Below are positions 1-11,400 of a stretch of 64,000 nt of DNA, piece after piece. The notes under the pieces were generated by a model. The model was not told the DNA's origin, ran no database searches, and was given only the letters and a program-made list of their open reading frames with translations. Every line of letters begins with the position of its first letter. Positions within the stretch are counted from its first letter, which is position 1. The position numbers and the translations under genes were made by a program. The stretch is from Mobula birostris (lineage: Eukaryota), in assembly GCF_030028105.1 (NCBI RefSeq), contig NC_092384.1, forward strand, positions 42,911,553 to 42,975,552, written 5' to 3'.

Positions 1-756
1 ATGTGTATACATAGTAAAGAACGTCAGTTCCCAATATGTAATGCGGGCAGTTCACCCCAGAACCAGAAGCGATGTTAGTGAGCTGGTGGCATGCACTTGT
101 GTCGAGCAGAGCCATTCTGTCAATAAAAATGTGTTGGTTTTACCCAAGCTAAGTTTATCTTTGATCAAGAACAAACATAACAGTAACGCGCCAGTTTGTG
201 GAACCGCTGTAATCCTTCTAGGGAAGGAATACTATGTGGGTCTTGCTCATAACAGCTGCATAACATTATTAAACAGTGCACAAAGAAATAAGCAGCAGAA
301 TTCTATTATCATAGATTTTGCAGTGGGTAGTTTAGCAGAATAACATTTGGGCCGGCATCCTGAGCCCACTGAGGGATTTGAAGCTCACTGTCTGGGAATC
401 CAGCAGTCCACTAGAGGCTGGAGACTTGAGACCAGAGATGGCCTGTCATAGTGTTGGAGGACAGTGTGGCTGGGAGCAAGAAATGGGGCATGTTTTGTTG
501 CTTGTTTTGTGTTATTCTGCCCAACATTATCAGCTTGCTATTTTGGCACCAGAATGTGTGGCTGCCCCAGCACATCCTTAGGTTGTATTGGCTGTTAACA
601 CATATGATGTATTTCACTGATGTACATGTGATAAATAAATTTATGTCAATCAACAAATTGATTTATGTTTCAATTTCTAATAGGCAAAATTTATAATGTG
701 AAGGTCTTCTTTCCTATCATTTAGAAAAATATGGCTTTTTGAGGATAATGCGTGGT

Positions 757-801
757 GAGGAAGTGGAGCTGGAAATAGGCTTTCCAAATGTACTGGTAAT
801 T
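757..801 (+). promoter_or_regulatory. Possible ETS/PU.1 site (GAGGAAGT) and possible 5'UTR donor (CTG|GTAATT at 796)
   Basis: Motif match only, in non-repeat sequence upstream of the leader exon. Could be chance. Confidence 0.2.
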
Positions 802-904
802 TTTTTTGAAAGGGAACTAATCAAATAAATTGAACCACATTAAAGAGGAACTTAACAAAATAAACAATAGCTGCTCTGAAATTATACTGCATGGTAATAA
901 TTTA

Positions 905-2310
905 ACCATATATAACCATATAACAATTACAGCACTGAAACAGGCCATCTCTGCCCTTCTAGTCCATGCTGAACTCTTACTCTCACCTAGTCCCACCAAC
1001 CTGCACTCAGCCCATAACCCTCCATTCCTTTCCTGTCCATATAGCTATCCAATTTAACTGTAAGTGACAACATCGAACCTGCCTCAACCACTTCTGCTGG
1101 AAGCTCTTTCCACACAGCTACCACTCTCTGAGTAAAGAAGTTCCCCCTCATGTTACCCCTAAACTTTTGCCCTTTAACTCTCAACTCATTTCCTCTTGTT
1201 TGGATCTCCCCGACTCTCAATGGAAAAAGCCTATCCATGTCAACTCTATCAATCTCCCTCATAATTTTAAACACCTCTATCAAGTCCCCCCTCAATCTTC
1301 TACGCTCCAAAGAATAAAGACCTAACTTGTTCAACCTTTCTCTGTAACTTAGGAGATGAAACCCAGGCAACATTTTAGTAAACCTCCTTTGTATTCTCTC
1401 AATTTTATTCACATCTTTCCTATAATTCGGTGACCAGAACTGTACACAATACTCCAATTTTGGCCTTACCAATGCCCTATACAATTTCAACATTACATCC
1501 CAACTGCTATACTCAGTGCTCTGATTAATAAAGGCCAGCATACCAAAAGCTTTCTTCACCACCCTATCCGCATGAGATTCCACCTTCAGGGAACTATGCA
1601 CCATTATTCCTAGATCCCTCTGTTCTACAGCATTCTTCAATGCCCTACCATTTACCATGTATGTCCTATTTTGACTAGTCCTTCCAAAATGTAGCACCTC
1701 ACATTTTTCAGCATTAAACTCCATCTGCCATCTTTCAGCCCACTCTTCTAACTGTCCTAAATCTCTCTGCAAGCTTTGAAAACCTACCTCATCATCCACA
1801 ACACCACCTATCTTAGTATCATCTGCATACTTACTAATCCAATTTACCACCCCATCATCCAGATCATTAATATATATGACAAACAACACTGAGTACAGAT
1901 CCCTGAGGCACACCGCTACACACTGTCCTCCAATCTGACAGTTATCCACACTACTCTCTGGCATCTCCCATCTAGCCACTGCTGAATCCATTTTACTACT
2001 TCCATATTAATGCTTAACGATTGAACCTTCCTAACTAACCTTCCGTGTGGAACCTTGTCAAAGGCCTTACTGAAGTCCATATAGACAACATCCACTGCTT
2101 TACCCTCGTCAACTTTCTTAGTAACCTCATCAAAAATTTCAGTAAGATTTGTCAAACATGACCTTCCACGCACAAATCCATGTTGACTGTTCCTAATCAG
2201 ACTCTGTCTATCCAGATAATCATATATACCATCTCTAAGAACACTTTCCATCAATTTACCCACCACTGTTGTCAAACTCACAGGCCGATAATTGCCAGGT
2301 TTATCCTTAG
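905..2310 (-). mobile_element. CR1 LINE, 5'-truncated (RT and 3' end)
   Basis: ORFs 987-1991 and 1916-2281 with [25 protein letters not shown]. ccatataa tail repeats near 905-920. Confidence 0.92.
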
Positions 2311-2424
2311 AATAAATTTAATTTAAAATAATAATTTAAAATCAATGTACCCCAAAGTTAGCATTTTCAGTTGAATTTGTATCAGTTGCAAATTAAATTA
2401 AACACTTCCATTGGGATGTGTAAA

Positions 2425-2488
2425 ATGGCACCTGATGTTTCCCAGCTCTTCGTGACAATTCATGTTTTACACCTTCCTGACATAAAGT
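2425..2488 (+). CDS. Putative leader exon [21 protein letters not shown](S)
   Basis: ATG in strong Kozak context (aaaATGG). Phase-1 donor T|GTAAGG at 2489 matches the phase-1 acceptor of the V exon 320 nt downstream. The hydrophobic core [10 protein letters not shown] is modest, so signal-peptide function is uncertain. There is an in-frame upstream ATG at 2416. Confidence 0.6.
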
Positions 2489-5400
2489 GTAAGGTTTATG
2501 TAGCATAAGGTTCCCCTGGAGACTTGTGGCCCCAATCCAATACAAACATTTTGTATTTCTTAGCCATGAAGCTGATAGGAATTACATTTTTTTCTGTAGA
2601 ATTTTACAAACCAACTATTCTTTTTTAACCAATTAATGATTTGTTGTCAATCAAAAAACTATAGATGCTGGTAATCTGAAAAAAGACACAAAATGATGGA
2701 AACTCAGGTAGCATCTGTGAGGAGAAAAAGAATAGACATTTGTCAAGGCTGATAAACTGACATGTTTTAAAACTTATTTCATTTTGCACTTTCATCTTTT
2801 TAATATAGCTACATTGGATTTGGAAGTCAGCCCAACAGTGTTGGATGCCACAATTGGTGAAGGAGTCCTATTAAGTTGCTTATTTTCTCACACCAGTAAA
2901 CTTGACTTGAGCTACATTGTGATCGAGTGGAATCAGAGAACAGGAGATAATGAGAAGGCTATTTGCCTGTTTGAGTTTGGAGAATATGAAATCTATAGAC
3001 CTGGATCAAGTCTCTCTTTAAGCGAAATAAGCAAAGGAAATGCATCATTACTCCTAAAAAATGTTACTATTAATGACATTGGATCATACTCCTGTACAGT
3101 TACAATATTTTCTCATAAAAAAGTGGGGAGAGTTACTTTGTCGATTTCAGGTGAGTACAGAGATAATACCTGAAATCTGTCAAAACTGTGTTAGCTGAAA
3201 ACTGGAAATGTTAATGATGATAAAAATTACCACACGTGTTTGGTGACTAACATTAGAAAATACACCCACATGCCAAAGAAATTCAGTGTTCATCTGCATA
3301 ATGGTGATGATTTGAAATCCATTGTTAGTTTTAAACATGAGACTGATTATTAAGAGTAGAAAAAGTGTTAAGAATAATTGAAGCAAAACCCAAAGAAGGT
3401 CAATATCCAAAATATAAACAAGTGTCATAAAGTCATAGAAAAGTACATCTAGTCTGTGCCAAACCATTTAAGCTGCCCACTTTCATCAACCTGCGCCGGG
3501 ACCATAACCCTCCATGCCACTACTATCCATGTACCTATGCAAACTTCTCTTAAATGTTGAAATCAAACTTACATGCACCACCTGTGCTGTCCACTCATTC
3601 CACACACTCACAACCCTCTGAGTAAAGAAGTTTCCCCTCATGTTCCTGTTAAACTTTTCACCTTTTACACTTAACTCATGACATCTGGTTATAGTCCCAC
3701 CCAATCTCAGTGGAAAAAGCCTGCTTGCATTTACACTATCTATACCCCTCATAATTTTGTGTACCTCTATCAAATCTCCTCTCAATCTTCTGCATTGCAA
3801 GGCAGAAAGTCCAGACCGATTCAATCATTCCTTGCTGGAGGCATTGAGTAGGTCAGATAATAACAGTGGTAAGAGAAAAAAGAGTGAGCATTTCAGGGCA
3901 ATGTCTCTTCATTAGAAAAATTCTAAGAAGGGTGAGCTGGGCAAAGCTGGACAGATGGCCATTGAACAAACAAGATTTCATTGAACAGCACACATAATCT
4001 GGAAAATGGGAGGAGTGGGGAGGGCATGCAACTTGCTCCATTGCAAAGCACCATGAACATGTTATATTCGAAGTGATACCAAATGAGAAAGCTTATGAAG
4101 GTACTACTAGTACTATTACGTCGACTCAGGCCTAGGGGGCCAGCGTCGGGCACGATGATGGACTCTCCACTTCTCCCTCCCCCACATCAGTGTGTTCAGT
4201 TCATCTACATTAGCCGCGCCGCTGCCTTCTAGGATCGTGTTGACCATATTCTTGGGAGGGCACCCAGGGTTCATCCTACCGTGCTTGGGCTCCCATATGA
4301 TGACTAGCCTGGCAGGTAGCTCGGGGTGGCGTAGACAGTGTCCCCTAGTTGCAGTCTTCTCACCTCGATTTTAGTGGAGAGCACCAGTGGGTTGTTATAG
4401 AGCTCAAAGTTTGTTATGTGCTGTTGCCAATTCACATCAAGAGACATCCGGATCATTCGTGTATAGCAACCATCCAGAGACTTGTGCATCGTCTTGGTGA
4501 GTGTCCACATCTCGTATCCGTACGTGAGAATGGACTCTATGACTGCTATGAAAATCTATGAAAATGCTATGAAGCTAATGCAATATATATCCTGCTTCTT
4601 TTATTATTGTAGCACCTCCTGCAGTCTGGGTAAACACTGTAAGTATTACAATTGAACCTGGTGAAGATAAAGCAATTATTTGTGAGATGCAGAACTTTTA
4701 CCCAAAGAACCACTCTGTCACTTGGTTAAAAAGTGGCTCGAAAGGCAATGGAAACCAGGTCGATATCACATCCCAAGCAGTTTCTGGAACACCTCAGCAA
4801 AATCAAGATGGGACATTTAATCTGATTTCATTCCTAATCATCAAAGGAAACCAGTCAGATGATGGATCTTTTTATATCTGCCAAGTGGATCATGAAGCTT
4901 TAAAATCACCAGTGCAAAAAGCCATTAGTTTGACCATAAAGGGTGAGTTATAATAAATGAGGTTGGTATCATTTCTCTTACGCCCTGTTTATTCTTATTT
5001 AGGGAACCTTGGTTAGAATTTTGTGTAACTGAGCCACAAGAGAAAGGCATCACTGTAAGAAGCAATCATCATCCAGTCTCTTGCCTAATGGTACATCAGT
5101 TCCTTAAAATTAGTCTGACTTGTTAACACTGTTACATTGTTTGCTGTGTTTCATTTAAAATAAGTTTTTTGTCATTTATTTGCAATATGTACACAAAATA
5201 TTTCAATAGAAAAACTGCCAACCTTTGAACTCACCTTATCAGAAATATATACAGCAATAAAATAGTTTTATAGCTGCATTTCACTGACTATTTATACAAT
5301 ATCTGAATCATGCGGTTTCTAAATTATTTTTTGCAGTTTCATTGTCAAATTATGCAAGAAGAGAGTCATTTGACATGAACATCCGACAGTTTTCAAAATT

Positions 5401-8400
5401 ATACTCAGTAAATACTTAATTAAATCAAAAAAATTTTGATCAATTAGTTCTCTGACCTAATGTGAAGGAGCCTCTGAACCAAACTACATGTGGGATATTA
5501 ATGTAACGTGGATATATTCTCCCACAGAGGGATGCATTGCCTTTATTTTTCAAATGAGGTACTATATTAAAGTGTGGTTTGTTTTCCAGGAATACCATGA
5601 CACCATTTTAAAAAAGAGCTCAATGTCTCGATGACATGGTCAATGTTTGTCCTTCCCCAAGATCTTCCACCAGTACCAAAACCCCTTTTCTGCTCATTAT
5701 CATACTCAAAATGCTGGAGCAGCGGTTCCCAAACTTTTTTAGTGCCGTGGGCCGATGCCATTAAGCAGTGGGTCCATGAACACCAGGTTGAGAACCCCTG
5801 TTCTAGAGTAACTCTTCCAGTTGCTCTGGATTTCCAGCATCTGCAGAATCCTTTGTGCTGCTCATTGTCTTTTGCTGTTTGAAGGAGCTTGCTGTGTTGA
5901 AATTGACAGGCTTGCTTCCTGCATCAAAAGATTTCAGTTCGAATGTATTTCATTGGTTGCTAAGTGCTTTGGAATGTTCTGACAATGACACAAAAATATC
6001 ATACAAATGAAATTCTTCATTTCTTTTGGAGAGTTTAGGTGAACGTTGCTAGAACCAGGGCTCGGGGAAACTCAAATTTGCACAGGAATACTGCTGCAAT
6101 CGATACTCATCCACTTGCTCTGCATAAATATGAAATCAATAGAATTCCCAGGCCCCAGAGCTTTATTGCCAAGCCAACATAGCTGAAAAATTATCAACAT
6201 CATACCTTTGGCATCTACGTTGATCAATTATTGGATCAATATTTGATATTGATAATATGATTTAGTTCTGAATCACTTGTATCTTTAAGTTTCCTCCCTA
6301 AGCTTTGTCAATAATGAGACCATAAGACATAGAAGCAGAGTTAGGCCATATGGCCCATTGAGTCTGCTTCACCCTTCAACCATGGCTGATTCTTTTTTCC
6401 CCTCCTCAACGCCATTCCTGCCCTTCTCCCTGTAACCTTTGATGCCATGTCCAGTCAAGAAACTATCAATCTCTGCCTTAAATACACCCAATGCCTGGCC
6501 TCCACAGCTCTATGTGGTAACAAATTCCACAAATCCACCACTCTCTAGCTAAAGAAATTTCTCCACATCTCTATTTTAAACAGACGCACCTCTATCCCAA
6601 GGCTGTGCCCTCTTGTCTAGACTCCCCCACCATGGGAAACATCCTTTCCACATCTACTCTGTCTAGGCCTGTCAACATTTGAAATGTTTCAATGAGGTCC
6701 CCCCCCCCCACCCCACAACTTTCTGAATTCCAGCAAGTACAGACCCAGAGACATCAAACGTTCCTTGTATGATAATCCTTTCAAGTTGGGAATCATCCTT
6801 GTGAACCTCCTCTGAACCCTCTCCAATGCCAGCACATCTTTTCTTAGATGAGGAGCCCAAAGCTGTCCGCAATACTCAAGGTGAGGCCTCACCAGTGCCT
6901 CATAAAACCTCAGCATCACATCCCTGCTCTTGTATTCTAGACCTCTTGAAATGAATGCTAACATTGCATTTACCTTCCTCACCACCGGTTCAACCTGCAA
7001 GTTAATCTTTAGGATGTTCTGCACAAGAGCTCCCAAGTCCCTTTGCATCTCAGATTTTTGGATTTTCTCCCCATTTAGAAAATAGTCTGCACGTTTATTT
7101 CGATTACCAAAGTGCATGACCATGCACTTTCCAACATTGTATTTCATTTGCCATTTTCTTGCCCATTCTCCTAATCTCAGTCCTCATGCAGTTTACCTGT
7201 TTCCTCAACACTACCTGCCCTTCCACCATTCTTTGTATCATTTGCAAACTTGGCAGCAATCCATCTATTCCACCATCTAAATCATTAATATAGAGCATAA
7301 AAAGAAAAGGTCCCAACACCAACCCTTGTGGAACACCACAAGTCACTGGCAGCCAATCAGACAAGGATCCTCTTATTCCTACTCACTGCCTCCTACCAAT
7401 CAGCCAATGCTCTAACCATGTCAGTAACTTTCCTGTAATACCATGGGCCCCTAACTTGATAAGCAGCCTGATGTATGACACCTTGTCAGAGGGTTCTGAG
7501 AGTCCAAATATACAACATCCACTGCATCCCCTTTATCTATCCTACTTGTAATCTCAAAGAAATCCAACAGGTTTGTCAGGCAAGATTTTCCCTGAAGGAA
7601 GCCATGCTGACTTTGTCCTATCTGGTCCTGGGTCACCAACTACACGTAATGCATATGTGCAAGTTTGAAATGTGTTGAATCAGACAATAGAAATGTCAAA
7701 ATAGTCGTGAGTAGATTGCCATTAATCTCCTAGTCAAAATGTGAAGCATTACTTTTGGAAGAGTATAGTTTCCAGCATTAGATACTTTAAGTCTCAGTTT
7801 TTTCAACTATTATTAAACTATATTTGGAATATAGTTTGGATCGACTATATTGATATAACATACATCTCTTTCGAGTCACCCCATAGCACATTTACAGCCA
7901 ATGACATGTTTTCTAAAATACTGCTGTTGTTGCATTGGAAATGGTGTTTTGTACTGCGCTGCAACAAAGTTTAAAATTCTGCTCTGTGATTGCAAGTAGC
8001 AGTCAGCTCAAAGAAACTATAACAAATAATCAATAACAAATGCTTGGCTTTTTGTCTTCATAGGACCCAAATTAACTAGCAGATCAAGAGTATTACTCAC
8101 AATTGTTTTGACATTTCTGATCACAGCAATGTCATCTGTCTGTTTTGGAACTTGCCTTTTCTACAATAAAAGTATAGGTAAGTAATAGAACTCTTAAAAC
8201 TTATTTTTGGGATGAGGTTGCGTTTACCAGGGCAGTATTTACTTACCCTTAATTTTCCCAAGAAGGTGATGATGTCCTATCTCTTCGAGTAATTGGGGTT
8301 TGTGTGATGGTAGTGATGGTGATGTTGCCTCAGTGTGTTTGAATAAAATACTTCAGTGATACTAAGCTTCTGACAGTGATCCTTTCCTTTTGTCCCTGGT

Positions 8401-11400
8401 GCTTTATTGTACTGTAATAATTTTTTCAGTTGCACAATATTTAACTAAGCATAGCTGTCTGACCAGATTTGCATACTCAATGTGTTTTAGTGTTCAGTCC
8501 ATCTATGACCTTGACTGCTTTTGAAAAAAAAGTAACTTCACTGCGATTGTTAAAAGCAGCAAATGCTGGAACTATCCAGCAGGTCAGTCCACATCGGTGG
8601 GAGGAGAAACAGAGCGAACGTTTCACATCCAAGGGTTTTTGACATGAAGCATTGATTCTGTTTCTCTCCCCACGTATGCAGCCTGGCCTCCTGAGTATTC
8701 CCTGCATTTTCTGCTTTCAGTTAAGCTCGCCAGTATCTGCATCTTTTATATATATATATATATATATCTATTTGAACTGAAATTGATCATTGTCCGTCAA
8801 TCAGATTAGTAAAGGAGCATTCCTTAAAAAAATAAAGCAAGAGGATCAGCAAAGTAAATGAGTGAGAAACGGTCTGGAAGGTTAGATCACATGAGATCCA
8901 AGGTGAGATAGCCAATTGGATGAGAATATTGGCAGCATGGTTAATAAGTTAGCATATCTAAGATTGCAGTGAATTCTAGATTAACTGAGCCGGTGTGCGG
9001 ACAAATGACAGATGGGTAAATGTGAAGTCTTCCATTTGGGAAAGACAAGCAAGCGCAGCAAAGTAAATGGTAGGGTCCTAGTGATTGCTGTAGACTGGAG
9101 ACCCGGGGTGCAGGTGCATGGTTCCGTGGAACGGGCAACACACACAGACATATACTTAGGAAGGCATCAGGATATTGAATACAACAATTGAGAACATCAT
9201 GTTACAGTTGTACAAAATGTTAGTTAGGCCACATTTAGAGTACTTCATGCAGACCTGGTTGTCCAACTGTAGGAAGAACATCATTCAGTTGAAAAGGATA
9301 CAAAAAAGATTCAAGAGGATGTTAATAGAACTGGAGGGTTTGAGTTATAATGAGGGGCTGGATAGGCTAGCCTATTGTCCCATGGAGCATTAGAGGCTGA
9401 ATGGTGGCCTGACGGAGAACAATAAAATCAAGAGGTGAAAAGCCACCATCTTTTTTCCAGAATAGGGCAGTTCAAAATGAGAGGACCTAGGCTTAAAGTG
9501 AATGGAAAAAAAAAATAAAAGGGGCCTAAGGGACAATGATTTCCCGCAGAAGATGGTCCTGTATGGATCCTGCTGCCAGAGGTATGTAGAGTGGTGTACA
9601 GCCACAATGGTTAAAAGGCATTTCAGCAGGTACATGGAAAGGAAAGAGTTAGAGGGCTATGAACCTAAGGGACACCTCAGTCTGACATGATCCAGTTGGG
9701 CTGAAGGGCCTGTATTCCATGCTGTATAGTTATATGACTCTGACTCTACAAGTAGCAGAGCCTTTTTTTTAGTAAAGAACAACAAATCGATTATGTTTCT
9801 CTTTGATTTTCAGTTACTCCCAGGGTGACAAATATTGTTAAATCAAACCACTGGAACACCAACGCTCCACTTTCTCTTGCCTGTGCAGTTTACTGGTTCG
9901 GACCAAAACCAATCGTTGTGTCTTGGTACAGGGAGGAGGTGGGTAAATTCCAAAGAGTCCTCATTGGTAAATGGGACAACACTTCACACTGTGCAAAAAG
10001 GAAGTCAAAAGGGTATTTTCAGAATGAACAAGAAGATAAAGCAATGTTGTTCCACAAAGGAGAATGTGATATTGCTGTGACTTGGAAAAGCCACGAAAGT
10101 AGTGGAATGTACAGTTTAATATCTCAACTCACCTTCAGATGTGCAAGAGCTGCGGAAGGAAAGCAGGCGTACAATTTTTCTGTCCAGCATGGCTCACTGA
10201 AGCAAAACATTTTAAGATCCGTTATCGTAGAAATGGAAGGTGAGTTGCTGTTATTTTATTGCAGAATAGGCCAAAATAAAATTTGAAATATTTTAAACTA
10301 AACTAAAATAGACATTGATAAGAAATAGAAACCCTTTGGAACTCTTTGTTCTGTACAATCTATAGCCGCCAGCAGTCTATTCCACACACTCACCATTCTC
10401 TACGTAAAAAAATCTTATCCCTGACATCTCCTCTGTACCTATTCCCCAGCACCTTAATACTATGCCCTCTCATGCTAGCCATTTAAGTCCTGGGAAAAAG
10501 CCTCTGACTATCCACACAATCAATGCCTCTCATCATCTTATACACCCCTATCAGGTCATCTCTCATCCTCCATCACTCCAAGGAGAAAAGGCCGAGTTCA
10601 CTCAACCTATTCTTATAAGGCATGCTCCCCAATCCAGGCAACGTCCTTGTAAATCTCCTCTGTACCCTTTCTATGATTTCCACATCCTTCCTGTAGTGAG
10701 GCGACCAGAATTGAGCAGAGTACTCCAAGTGGGATCTGACCAGGTCCTACATAGCTGCAACATTACCTCCCAGCTCTTAAACTCAATCCCATGATTGATA
10801 AAGGCTAATGCACCGTATGCTGCCTTAACCACAGAGTCAACCTGCGTAGCAGCTTTGAGTGTCCTATGGACTCGGACCCGAAGATCCCTCTGATACTCCA
10901 CACTGCCAAGAGTCTTACCATTAATGCTATATTCTGCCATCATATTTGACCTACCGAAATGAACCACCTCACACTTATCTGGGTTGAACTCCATCTGCCA
11001 CTCCTCAGCCCAGTTTTGCATCCTATCAACGTCCCGCTATAACCTCTGACAGCCCTCCACACTATCCACAACACCCCCAACCTTTGTGTCATCAGCAAAC
11101 TTACTAACCATCCTTCCACTTCCTCATCCAGGTCATTTATAAAAATCACGAAGAGTAAGGGTCCCAGAACAGATCCCTGAGGCACAGCACTGGTCACCGA
11201 CCTCCATGCAGAATATGACCCGTCTACAAACGCTCTTTGCCTTTTGTGGGCAATCCAGTTCTGGATCCACAAAGCAATGTCCCCTTGGATCCCATGTCTC
11301 CTTACTTTCTCAATAACCCTTGAATGGCATATATGTTAAGATTTCATTTTGTAATATTTTCTGGTATATCACATAGTATATGCCACTAGTGGAAAGAGTG

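Noticed and set aside
378-696. Short hydrophobic ORFs (MGHVLLLVLCY.., MFCCLFCVIL..) as leader candidates
   Set aside because: No convincing phase-1 donor. The 2425-2488 exon fits better.
5590-5720. Possible extra exon after gttttccag at 5589
   Set aside because: Stops in all three frames within 15 codons.
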